NCBI RefSeq assembly: GCF_009914755.1
Contig: NC_060935.1
DNA length: 64,000 bases
DNA from: the human T2T-CHM13v2.0 reference genome, Homo sapiens
Strand: one strand, 5' to 3'
Shown here: positions 12,375 to 24,447 of the stretch, piece by piece
Layout: each line of letters starts with the position of its first letter
Position numbering within the stretch: position 1 is the first letter of the stretch
Position numbers and translations under genes: made by a program
Notes under the pieces: generated by a model
What the model was told of the DNA's origin: nothing
What the model saw: the letters and a program-made list of their open reading frames with translations, nothing else
Database searches by the model: none

Positions 12375-12982
12375 GCTGAAGCCTCCACTGGCAATCCTGG
12401 GAGGCTGTAATGCAGGCTAATTCCTGCATGCTGCGTCTGCCCTGCTGCAGGCTGAAGCCTCCACTGGCAATCCTGGGAGGCTGTAATGAAGGCTAATTCC
12501 TGCATGCTGCGTCTGCCCTGCTGCAGGCTGAAGCCTCCACTGGCAATCCTGGGAGGCTGTAATGCAGGCTAATTCCTGCATGCTGCGTCTGCCCTGCTGC
12601 AGGCTGAAGCCTCCACTGGCAATCCTGGGAGGCTGTAATGAAGGCTAATTCCTGCATGCTGCGTCTGCCCTGCTGCAGGCTGAAGCCTCCACTGGCAATC
12701 CTGGGAGGCTGTAATGCAGGCTAATTCCTGCATGCTGCGTCTGCCCTGCTGCAGGCTGAAGCCTCCACTGGCAATCCTGGGAGGCTGTAATGCAGGCTAA
12801 TTCCTGCATGCTGCGTCTGCCCTGCTGCAGGCTGAAGCCTCCACTGGCAATCCTGGGAGGCTGTAATGCAGGCTAATTCCTGCATGCTGCGTCTGCCCTG
12901 CTGCAGGCTGAAGCCTCCACTGGCAATCCTGGGAGGCTGTAATGCAGGCTAATTCCTGCATGCTGCGTCTGCCCTGCTGCAG
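12375..12982. repeat. Minisatellite/VNTR, 8 x 76 bp, near-perfect
   Basis: Unit GCTGAAGCCTCCACTGGCAATCCTGGGAGGCTGTAATG(C/A)AGGCTAATTCCTGCATGCTGCGTCTGCCCTGCTGCAG starting at 12375, 12451, 12527, 12603, 12679, 12755, 12831 and 12907; the only variant I see is C>A at 12489 and 12641. Confidence 0.98.
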
Positions 12983-13389
12983 GAAAATAATGTAATTTTC
13001 TTTCAAAACCTGAGGGAGGTCTCAAGGTCTCTCTAATGGAGGCAAAAACAACGACAACAAAAATATGGGCTACAAGGTTCCTCCGCACTTGTGCCTTGGC
13101 CCAACAGCAGTAATTACACAGATTAGAAATTGTGCTTAAAAAATCCTCTTTCCCATGTGCCCCACATCACTTCCTAGGGCCCCTCATGGCTCCTGTTCAC
13201 CTTCCTGACAGATAAATACCTGGGATCCACTCATTCATGCCTCACTGTGGCTCCTTGGTACTCAACCAATTCAGCTTCCATATCACCCCTGGAATATTCC
13301 CGTCTCCCTTCCTCAGGGGCAGATGCAGCATTTTGGAGACTTCCAAGGGAGAAGAGCAAGATAAAAATTGGGAATCTGGGGGAGCAGTT

Positions 13390-13630
13390 TTAACAATAAT
13401 AGCTACATGAAAATAATATTAATATCATTTGCTTATTAAGGACAAGCCATGGGCCTCAGTGTTTTCAGCACTTCACCTATACTAACACATTTAGGTAATG
13501 TTATCCTTCTCGTTTTAGAAATGATGCAACTGAGTCACAGAGAAGTTAAGTAATCTGCCTGCCGACACTCGGGTCGATGCCACCTCATTCCATCACTCGG
13601 GCAATGGAGCCAAAGGCCACGTTCACAACC
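13390..13630 (-). mobile_element. MIR
   Basis: TTTTAGAAATGATGCAACTGAGTCACAGAGAAGTTAAGTAATCTGCC. Confidence 0.6.
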
Positions 13631-13758
13631 ACTAGGCTGTCCCAGCCCCTTGGTATGATTTGTCCCTTCCTAAGGTGTGCTTCTCTCATCTCTGGTCCTA
13701 TTTCTAGTTGTTTCCTGACCCTTCACCATTTCCCCCTTGGCCCACGACCTTCATCATC

Positions 13759-13772
13759 CCAGCAGGTGGCAG
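13759..13772 (+). promoter_or_regulatory. CTCF core motif (candidate site)
   Basis: CCAGCAGGTGGCAG matches CCASYAGRKGGCRS exactly; occupancy unknown. Confidence 0.4.
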
Positions 13773-15648
13773 GGCCTTCCCCTTTGACCTCCTCCTACCT
13801 TCACAGGAATCATCGTTTCAACATTTGCCTTTCCTAGTCTCTGGATATCAAAACTCATCAATTCCATAGCTCTCCCCAGCATGCCCTGCTACAAGCTTAG
13901 ACAGCATGGCTGTCAAGCCAGAATCCCAGCAGCCTCCCCCATTGGAAGTCCCTGGGGTGGGGTGGGGTGGAGTGGGAGCTGAGTGGGCAGAGTTTCATCC
14001 ACAGCACCATGTGCCCACTGTCTTCTGCCATGTGGTTCATGGAAAAGAATGTTTATTTCACTCCTAAAAGCCAGTGTGAAAACACTGTTCGCAGAATACC
14101 ATGAGTTAACCTAACCTACTGCTGTTAATGATGAAACCCTTCCCAAATAATGCTTGGCTTTAGCAGAGACCTTTTGTTTAATGAGTTAGGTCAAAGGGGT
14201 GTTTCGTTTATAAATTTCAGATACTGCAGTAAACCCCATAGGGTGTGATATTCATGGTTGTGGGGAGTCTGGAGGATCCTGAAAATCATGCCACCCTCAG
14301 TGAAGCTAGTGCAGTGGCCCTTTCATTTTAACTCTGGATGGGCAGAAGGAACATGTGTGTGCGTGTGTGTGCGTGTGTGCACAGGAGGTGGGCAGATGGG
14401 GCTGAATAGCTGAATACCTGCTCACAGCATGCTGTAGCTTCAGGCTCTGTTCTAGGTCCTCAAGCTTCCTGGGGGGCTCTGGGTACACATTTGTTTATCC
14501 ATCTTTCTCCTCCACCCCAAGCAACTTCCCGTAGGCCACCTGAACTCCGCCTCTCCAACTTGTCAAAGAAGAAAGCTGCAACCATGTAATTATGACATCC
14601 TGGGGGTAATTTTAACTATAAGTCATTATTCTCAAACAGCCGATGCAATCCCTATTTGCCAGCACAAAGAGATGATTCTCACTAGCCTGAACTCACTGTC
14701 AAACATGCCAGGAGAAATAAAAAGGTGCTAATGCAATATAGCCCAGAAATAGAAAATAAGATTAGAGGCAACGCTTGAGATTTCAGGCTGTTGGGCGGGG
14801 GAAATAGCACAGGGTTTAGTTACCAGCAGAACTGTCAGACAAAAAGCCTCTGAGGTCATTAATACCAGAACCTTCATTAAGGCAAGTGGATAAAATTAAA
14901 GGGTGTTTTGTGAGGATTTAATTTTTCCTGGAGGTTTGCGGTCTCTGAAGGGCGTCTGGTGCTGGCTCTGAGGCCAAGGCGGCGGGCCCTGGAGTGGGGA
15001 ATCAGGATGCTGGAGTTCTCATTTTTTGTCGTCTTCTCAGTGGGCCCTGCTGAGAACAGGCTTCATGAGGGGGCGCCTGTGCAGTGCTGAGCCGCTGCAT
15101 CAGGGAACTGCATCTCCTTGTCCCCAAGCCACGTCCTGTGAAACAGCACGGAGTCTCCTGCACAGCTGGAACAAGCATAGCTCAGCCTTAGCATGGGTGG
15201 GGCAGGGTAGAAGAAAAGCTGTGTCGGGACAGGGCATCTTTGTGAGTTCTGAAGACCATCCAGAGACTCAGGGTGGTATTGGTGGAAGCGTAAAAACAGG
15301 TCTGACTTTACGCAAAGCTGAGAAGCAGGCAATGGTAGTCTTTGGTGACTTCTCGTGGGTACTTTTAGGGGTCCTCTCTTACCCCTTGTGCCCTTCCCTC
15401 ACTCTGTTCTCGGAGTGCCTTTGTGTCAGCTAGTTGTCACAAGAAATATAATAAATAAATGCCCTCGATCTTGTTAAATGATTAAGGTTCAGAGGTATTA
15501 AACAGTCCTCCCAGGAATGTTTATAGTTGTAGAAATACATTTCTGAGGCTGAAAAGGACTTAATGGACTATGCTTTAATATGGAATGCAGGCATTGTGCT
15601 TGGTCAGTGAGGGGGCTACTTGGGAACTGGTCTTTCCTCTGTACTCTT

Positions 15649-16378
15649 TTCTTTCTTTAAAAACTACACTTAAGTTCTGGGATACATATGCAGAACGTGC
15701 GGGTTTGTTATACACGTACACACGTGCCATGGTGGTTTGTTGCACCCATCAACCCGTCATCTACATTAGTTAATTCTCCTAACGCTATCCCTCCCCTAGT
15801 CACCCATCGGCTGACAGGCTCTGGTGTGTGATGCCCCTCTCCTTGTGTCCATGTGTTCTCATTGTTCAACTCCTATTTATGAGTGAGAATATGTGGTGTT
15901 TGGTTTTCTGTTCCTGTGTTAGTTTGCTGAGAATGATTGTTTCTATCTTCACCCATGTACCTGCAAAAGACATGAACTCATCATTTTGTATGGCTGCATA
16001 GTATTTCATGGTGTATATGTACTACATTTTCTTTATCCAGTCTATCATTGATGGGCATTTGGGTTGGTTCCAAGTCTTTGCTCTTGTGAATAGTGCCACA
16101 ATAAACATACGTGTGCATGTATCTTTATAGTAGAATGATTTATAATCCTTTGGGTATATACCCAATAATGGGATTGCTGGGTCAATTGGTATTTCTGGTT
16201 CTAGATCCTTGAGGAATCACCACACTGTCTTCCACAATGGTTGTACTAATTTACTCTCCCACCAACAGTGTAAAAGCATTCCTATTTCTCCACATCCTCT
16301 CCAGCATCTGTTGTTTCTTGACTTTTTAATGATCTCCATTCTAACTGGCATGAGATGATATCTTTTTGTGGTTTTGAG
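15649..16378 (-). mobile_element. L1PA (L1PA7-like) 3' end: ORF2 C-terminus and 3'UTR
   Basis: TTAAGTTCTGGGATACATATGCAGAACGTGC...CATGTGTTCTCATTGTTCAACTC...TTCTAACTGGCATGAGATG is the antisense L1PA 3' end. Confidence 0.92.
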
Positions 16379-16636
16379 CGGATCTCCTAGCACAGCACTC
16401 GAGCTCTGCTAAGGGACAGACTGACTCCTCAACTAGGCCCCTGATCCCCGTGCCTCCTGACTGGGGGACACCTCCCAGCAGCGGTTGACAGACACCTCAT
16501 ACAGGAGAGCTCCGGCTGGCATCTAGTGGTGCCCCTCTGGGATGAAGCTTCCAGAGGAAGAATCAGGCAGCAAAGCTTTGCTGTTCTGCAGCCCCTGCTG
16601 GTGGCACCCAGGCAAACAGGGTCTGGAGTGGACCTT
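16379..16636 (+). mobile_element. L1PA 5'UTR fragment, inverted relative to 15649-16378 (same insertion)
   Basis: CTCGAGCTCTGCTAAGGGACAGACTG...CAGACACCTCATACAGGAGAGCTCC...CCCAGGCAAACAGGGTCTGGAGTGGACCT is the 3' part of the L1PA 5'UTR; shared TSD CTCTGTA(C/T)TCTT at 15637-15648 and 16637-16648. Confidence 0.88.
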
Positions 16637-17204
16637 CTCTGTATTCTTAATGCTATTGTGTAGGGTCACAAATCAGGGCATTCAGATCAATCTTTACCTT
16701 GCTCTGGGATGCCGAGTAAGATCCGCCTTTGGCATTCTGTCATTCCCAGGAAAGACTGGATGGTGATAACGTGCCTGTTCTTTCACCCTGGGTGGGGGAT
16801 GAAGATGGTGGTGGAGTATGTTGAGGTTCTTCATGTTTTCCTTGTGTGTTGATGGAAATGAGCTCTCTATGGAGTCTCAGTGTTCTAGGACCTTTTGGGG
16901 GGCTTTATCATAATCAAATAAATCCAAACAAGAAATCCTCTCTGGGCTTCTTCATGTGGGGCCTAGGAGATGATGTGCTTTGATTTTGCACAAATGGAGA
17001 AATAGAAATCTAGAGAGGGGCTGGGACTTTTCCAGGGTCCTAAATTGGGATTGAGAAGGTGTCTCCTGCAGGTGATTATGCATCTGGGAGCTAAAGACAA
17101 CTCAGTCCTAACTGGGATCTACTTGTGACATCTGGCCTAGGATTTTAGTAGCTTAAAAAATGTCTGACCAAATGAAAAGCTTATAACCTGACTTTTATGG
17201 AAAC

Positions 17205-17385
17205 CCAGTGCTCATGGATATGGTGTCCAAAGCTATATGATTCCACACCTACAGCAAGGGGCTTATTTGGGAACATGTTAGAATGCAGAATCCCAGGCCC
17301 TATCCCACACTTGTGGAGTTGGAATCTGAATTTCAGTATGTGCATACTCCAGGTGATGTTTACATTAAAGCTTGAGAAGCACTGC
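17205..17385 (+). mobile_element. MER5 (hAT-Charlie) MITE
   Basis: GTTAGAATGCAGAATCCCAGGCCC...CTCCAGGTGATG...TTGAGAAGCACTG. Confidence 0.7.
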
Positions 17386-17992
17386 CCTGAATCACGGATT
17401 GGTCATAAAGGAGATGGATTCCAGGCTGGGGGGATATTGGGCATCAGCTAAATTCCATGGAAGGGGAGTAACAACCCCTGTATTGCTTGCTCACCTTGGT
17501 GCTTGGAAGATCAAATGACACAACAAATGGGAAAGCCCATGGAGGAGCACATAGTGCTTGGAAAATGCACAGCATTTTCATGCTCATTGGCAGCTGGCCG
17601 GGCCCTACCCTGTTAGCCAGGGAGTCCTCTTCATCTCCACAGCCAAAATTAATCTATTTCTCTGCTCTAGTGCTTCTAGTCTTTTTGAAACAACATCACT
17701 TTTGGTTGCTTTCATCCACACTGCAAAGAGTATTTGAATTCACATTACTGCCTTTAGTGAGATTCTCTTTTTTACCTCCATATTTTTTTTTTTTTGACAC
17801 ACATTTGCCATGGTGCCTGGGACCCAGTGCAGAGGAGATTAGCTCTGTGTTCAGCCACTGGCCATGCCTCTGAGGAGCAGAGCTTTCTGTTTATCTCTTA
17901 GAAGCAGATGCTTTGGATTTTATCCTGGGGGAATTTATCAGGGTGCTCTGAATTCATTCATTCATTCATTCTCATATTCCTCTCCACCCTGA

Positions 17993-17994
<2 letters not shown>

Positions 17995-18042
<48 letters not shown>
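17995..18042. repeat. (AC)24 microsatellite
   Basis: Perfect AC run. Confidence 0.98.
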
Positions 18043-18044
<2 letters not shown>

Positions 18045-19479
18045 CCTCTACACGTCAGCCATGTCAATGTTGTTTGCTGTATATTTGGGAGGATGTTTGC
18101 CATTTAGAGCCATTCTGGAATCGTCTGTAGTTTACTTCTCTTCCCTCTAAGCACATCCTTAGCTTGGGTTACTTTACCCCGTCAGTGGCAGCCTGTCTTG
18201 GCCCCAGTCCTTACATGTAGCCAATGCATATGGATTTCTTCCAGTCCCAGCAGCTCTTTCATCTGACCTGGCATTTTCAGAGCAACACCAGGGTTTTCAT
18301 TTTCTTTCATACAGGTGCCTATGTTAGGATGACTTGAAGTACTCAGAGAGAGAAAGTCATTGCCCATTTGTTCAAAGGGTTCATTTTTCTTTTTTTTCAA
18401 GCACGAGTACACATGGGCATGCAATTACAAATGCACAGCTCTTACCATGAGCACATTGTAAATGCATGGTTAAGTGATTGATTTATACGGTGATTTATTT
18501 ATGTTTTTGTCTCCATGAATGACCGTATGTTTAGTGAGCAAAGCATGGTATTCATACAAGTATATGAATCCATGCATGCATTAATATGTGCTCATTCAGT
18601 ACATATTAAGCACTAATGTGTTCAAGTGTTGTGTGTCACATACAGATACAGGTTTTGCTTTCAAGGGCTTTTAGTCTCCTAAAGGGGATGAGATATTTCC
18701 ATGCAACTTTCATACAAAGTTGAGTTTTTTTCCTCCCAAGATGGTGGTTTAGAGATTTTTAGCATTCCTCAGCCACTTGGAAATAGCAAGATAGTACATA
18801 AAGATCAACCACGTGAGCTTTAATTCAAGATGGAAAATGAGAATCCACTGGAATCATGAAGGACATCCCAGATCCCAGGAAGGAGAACACTGGCAAACAG
18901 CGCCCGAAATAAAAGTGACTGGCTGATAAAAGTCGGTGAAGCCTCAGTACACAAGAGAGGAAAAGAGCCTCTGTCTGACTCACCTTTCTGCTGGGGATCC
19001 AAGTAACCCAGGCTAAGGGGTGGTGGAAGGGGTACACTTTTGTTTCTTCCAAGCTCTGGAACTAACTTGGAGAGAGGCTTGGAGATGCTGTGAGGGAAAG
19101 ACACTGGGGAAAGCTGCAGGCATTTTTCCAGACTGGGACTGACAGCAGGATGCCATTTTTAATCCAGGGGCATAACAAGTCAACCATTCTTTGGTGACCT
19201 AGCATCATGGCCATGCAGGCATTTTAGTCTTGGGCCAGAGATTGGATCACCTGCTCTTGAGCAGGATAGGAGCCTCCACAGCCAGAACTGTGGAAGGTGC
19301 TTCAGCAGTAGGTGCTGGAGTTATCCTCTTCACCCATAGCAAACTGGGGGTGGGAGGAGAGCTACTAGAGCTGCAGTTTCTCCTGGGTGGTGCGACTTGC
19401 AGCCAGAGCCAGTTTGGCAACCTGGAACCAGTCTGCATGTGACATTGCTAGGTGTCCCAGCCTGCTCCCCTAAGGTCAT

Positions 19480-19975
19480 GGTGCATGGGGCCCTCTCCAA
19501 CTCACCCTCAGGCAGATCTCCAGCCATTTAGAGCACCCACTTGCTTGGAGCAGCAGCCTGAGCCACTCTACCCTTCCTGGGCATGGATCATGGTGCAGCT
19601 TTGCTCCATGCCCAGTCAGATCTCCAGGCATTTGAAGCACCCCCTCACCTAGATCAGCAGCCTGACCCACCCTACCCTTCCTGTGTGAAGATCTTGGTAT
19701 GGGGTGGGGTGTCCCTCTGTGCTCCACATCCAGGCAGATCTCCAGGCATTTGAAACACCTGCTTGACTGCATCAGCAGCCTGAGTCACTCCAACCCTCCA
19801 GTGCAGAGATCTTGGTGCAGGGGCTGTCTGTGCTCCATGCCCAGGCAGATCTCCAGGCATCTGGATCACCTACTCTCATGGAGTTTAGGCTGCCCTCATC
19901 CCCATGCAGAGACTTTGGTGCTGAGGAGGTTTCTCAGCTCCATGCATAAGTACATCTCTAGGCACTTGGTGGCCA
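19480..19975 (+). repeat. Degenerate ~105-118 bp tandem array (about 5 units) in the L1 5'UTR
   Basis: Recurring CAGATCTCCAG(G/C)CAT near 19513, 19616, 19734 and 19845, with a decayed copy near 19951. Confidence 0.8.
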
Positions 19976-20447
19976 CCCACTGGATTCTCCCTCAGTGCTG
20001 GTGCTTGTGCCTGCCATCATAAGACCTGATGTAGGTGGACCTTCCCAGTCTGACCCTGCCTTTTGTGGCTCCTGCCCTCCCTGGGGTTGAGCAGGGGGCT
20101 CAGACCATGGTGCATTCCATGAATCAACCCAGAGGCAACAGAGATCTTCTGTCAGAATAAAGTATATCCCCAGCCATATTGGCCATAGCAGGCTCATATC
20201 TATAAGTGCCATATATTGGCTTATAGGTTAAATGGCATAGCCCAATATGAAACCTACCAAAAGAAATACATAGGGCTATAGAAGCAAAGCCAAAAGACAC
20301 TACCTAGCATCCTCTACAGTCACAACCTCTAGGAGAGGGGAAAAGGAAAAGGAAGGAAAAAATAATACAGTAGGGAAATAAAGAAAAAGAAAAAAATCCT
20401 ACCTGCACAAAAATAATTAAAAAAATTAGAAGTACCAGCATCTGCAG

Positions 20448-21390
20448 ATGAGAAGAAACCAGTGCAAGAATTCAGGCATCATGAAAACTCTGAATGTAGT
20501 AACATCACCAAAGAATCACACTATCTATGTCTCCAGCAATGGTCCCAGACCAAATGGAAACTCAGAAATGATGGATAAAAGATTCAAAGCATAGATTGCA
20601 AGAAAGCTCAATGAGATCCAAGACAAGGTTGAAAATCAACACAAAGAAACTTCCAAAGCAATCCAGGAAAGGAAAGAAGAGATAAACTTCAATCAGATTA
20701 ATCTTGTGAAAAATCAATCAGAGCTTCTGGAATAGAAAAACTCAAGGAATTTTGAAATGCAATTTAAAGCTTTATCAATAGACAGGACTAAGCAGAAGAA
20801 AAAATTTCAGACCTTGAAGGCCAGTCTTTTGAACTAACTCAGCCAGACAAAAATACAGAGAAAAATTTTTTAAACAAAATCTTTGAGAGAGAAGGAGAAA
20901 AAAGCAAATAACCTCGAAAACATATTTGAGAAAATAATTGAAGAAAATTTCCCTAATCTTGATAGAGATGTAGACATCCATATACAAGAAATCCAGAGAA
21001 GACTTATGAGATACAACACAAAATGAACATCACTAAGGCATATAGTCATCAAGTTAATGCTAAAGAAAAAAATCTGAAAGGCAACTAGAGATAAAGGTCA
21101 GATCACATACAAAAGGATCTCCAGCAGGATAACAGTTGACTTCTCAGCAGAAACATTGCAAGTCAGGAGAGATGGGAGGCCTGTTTTTAGCATTGTAAAG
21201 AAAAGAAATTCCAATCAAGAATTGTATACCCTGCCGAACTAAGCTTCATAAACATGGGAGAAATAAAAGTGTATTCAGACAAGCAAGCACTAAAGGAATT
21301 TGTTACCACTAGACAAGTCTAACAAGAGATCCCTAAAGGAGTTCTAAACATAAAAAGAAAAGAAATCTGCTACCACAAAAACACACTTAG
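20448..21390 (+). pseudogene. L1 ORF1 remnant (disrupted)
   Basis: ATG AGA AGA AAC CAG TGC AAG AAT TCA GGC (MRRNQCKNSG) start; later ENFPNL-type and C-terminal ORF1 motifs; multiple stops and frameshifts. Confidence 0.8.
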
Positions 21391-21458
21391 TGCATAGCTT
21401 GCAGACCCTATAAAGCAACCACACAATAGAAACTACAAAGCAATCAGCTAATAATTTT

Positions 21459-21830
21459 ATGACAAGATCAAAACCTCACATATCGACATTAACCTTGAAG
21501 GTAAATGGTCTAAACACCCAACTCAAAAGTCACAGAGTGGCAAGTTGCCTAAAAAAACAAGACCCATCCATCTGCTGTCTTCAGGAGAGCCATCTCACAA
21601 GTACTGACACCCACAGGCTCAAAGTAAGAGTTGAGGAACGTTCTATTATGCAAAAATAAAACAAAAAATACCAGGGGTCTATTCTTATATCAGATAAAAC
21701 AAACTTTAAAGAACTACACTAAAAATGGACAGTGAGATCAGGGGCCCATAATGATAAATGGTTAAGTTCAACAAGAATATGTAACTATTACAAATATATA
21801 TGTACCCAACATTGGAGCACTCAGATTTAT
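21459..21830 (+). pseudogene. Host L1 ORF2 endonuclease N-terminus (disrupted; resumes at 24911)
   Basis: MTRSKPHISTLTLKVNGLN...ICCLQESHL matches the L1 EN start; continuation CTTCTAGACTTAC...ATAATAGTGGGAGACTTCAACACC (IIVGDFNT) after 24910. Confidence 0.88.
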
Positions 21831-21840
21831 TTTTCAAAAA

Positions 21841-24407
21841 TACAAAAAGGTGGTTTTTTGAAAAGATAAATAAAGTTGGTAGATCATTATTGAGATTAAC
21901 CAAGAAAAGAAAAGAAGATCCAAATAAATACAATTAAAAATGAAAGAAGAGATATTACTACTGATACAACCGAAATACAAAAGATTATTCAAGGCTACTA
22001 TGAACATCTTTATGTGCATAAACTAGAAAACCTAGAGGAGATGGATAAATTCCTGGAAACATACAACCCTCCTAGATTAAACCAGGAAGATGTAGAAACT
22101 TGGAACAGACCAATAACAAGCAGCAAGATTGAAATAATAATTGAAAAATTTCCAACAAAAGAAGTCCAGGACCAGATGGATTCACACTTAAATTCTATCA
22201 GACATTCAAAGAAGAATTAGTACCAATCCTATTGACACTATTCCACAGGATAGAGAAAACCAAGGAAGGACATAACAAAAAAAGAAAACTACAGACCAAT
22301 ATCTCTGAAGAACATAGATGCAAAAATCCTCAGCAAAATACTAGCTAACTGAATCCAACAGCATATCAAAAAGACAATCCACCATGATCAAGTGGGTTTC
22401 ATACCAGTGATGCAGGGATGGTTTAACATCTGCAAGTCATTAAATATGATACACCACATAAACAGAATTAAAGACAAAAATCACATGATCATCTCAACAG
22501 ATGCAGAAAAAGAATCTGACAAAATCCAGCATCCCTTTATTATTAAAACCCTCAGCAACATCACCATAGAAGGGACATACCTTAAGGTAATAAAAGCTGT
22601 CTATGACAAACCCACAGCCAACATTATACTGAACAGACAAAAGTTGAAAGCATTTCCCCTGAGAACTGGAACAAGACAAGGATGCTCACTTTCATGACTT
22701 CTATTCAACGTATTACTGGAAGTCTTAGCAGGAGCAATCAGACAAGAGAAAGAAATAAAGGGCATCCAAATCAATAAAGAGGAAGTCAAACTGTCACTGT
22801 TTGCTGATGATATGTTTGTATACCTAGAAAACACTAAAGACTCATCCATAAAGCTTCTAGAACTGGTAAATGAATTCAGCAAAGTTTTAGAATACAAAAT
22901 TAATGTACACAAAACAGTAGCTCTGCTATACCCCAATAACAACCAAGCTGAGAATCAAATCAAGAACTCAACCACATTTATAATAGCTGCAAAAAAAAAA
23001 AAAATCCCACCAAAAAACAAAAACAAAAACAAAAAAGCTTAGGAATATACCTAACCAAGGAGGTGAAAGACCTCTAGAAGGAATACTACAAAACACTGCT
23101 GAAAGAAATCATAGACAACACAAACAAATGGAAACACATCTCACGCTCATGGATGGGTAGAATTAATATTGTGAAAAGGACCATACTGCCAAAAGAAATC
23201 TACAAATTAAATGCAATTCCCATCAAAATACCACCATCCTTCTTCACAGAACTAGAAAAAAAAATCCTAAAATTTATATGGAACCAAAAAAGATCCTGCG
23301 TAGCCAGAGCAAGACTAAACAAAAAGAAAAAAATCTGGAGGCATCACATTACCAGACTTCAAACTCTACTATAAGGCCATAGTCACCAAAACAGCATGGT
23401 ACTGGTATAAAAATAGGCACATAGACCAATGGAACAGAATAGAGAACACAGAAATAAAGCCAAACACTTATAGCCAACTAATCTTTGACAAAGCAAATTA
23501 AAACATAAAGTGGGGAAAGTATACCTGTTCAACAAATGATGCTTGGATAGTTGGCAAGCCACAGGTAGAAGAATAAAACTGGTCCTCATCTCTCACCTTA
23601 TACAATAATCAACTCAAGCTGGATCAAAGACTTAAATCTAAGACCTGAAACCATAAAAATTCTAGAAGATAACATCAGAAAAACCCTTCTAGACATTGGC
23701 TTAGGTGAAGACTTCATGACCAAGAACACAAAAGCAAATGCAACAAAAACAAAGATAAATAGATGGGACTAAATTAAACTAAAAAACTCCTGCACAGCAA
23801 AAGCTGGCCGTAAAGCAGAGTTAACAGACAACCCAAAGAGTGGGAGAAAAGTCTTCACAATCTGTACATCCAACAAAGGACTAATTTCCATAATCTACAA
23901 AGAACTCAAATAAATTAGCAAGAAAATAAAACGATCCTACCAAAAAGTGGGCTAAGGACATGAATAGACAATTCTCAAAAGAAGATATACAAATGGCTAA
24001 GAAGCATATGGAAAAATGCTCAACATCACTAATTATAAGGGAAATGCAAATCAAAGCTATAATGTGATACCACCTCACTCCTGCAAGAGTGGCCATAATC
24101 AAAAAATAAAAAAATAGTAGATGTTGGTGTGGGTGTGGTGAAAAGGAAACACTTTTACACTGTTGGTGGCAAAGTAAACTAGTACAACCACTGTGGAAAA
24201 CAGTGTGGAGATTCCTTAAAGAACTAAAAGTAGATCTACCATTTGATCCAGCAATCCCACTACTAGGTATCTATCTACCCAGAGGAAAAAAGTCATTATA
24301 TGAAAAAGATACTTGCACATGCATGTTTATAGCAGCACAATTTACAATTGCAAAAACATGGAACCAGCCCTAATGCCCATCAATCAAAGTGTGGATAAAG
24401 AAAATGT

Positions 24408-24447
<40 letters not shown>

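Noticed and set aside
12375-12982. CRISPR-like array, or coding repeat ORFs (12797-13006, 12873-13088)
   Set aside because: Units are head-to-tail with no unique spacers, there are no cas genes and the context is eukaryotic. The 76-bp period is not a multiple of 3, so the ORFs are artefacts.
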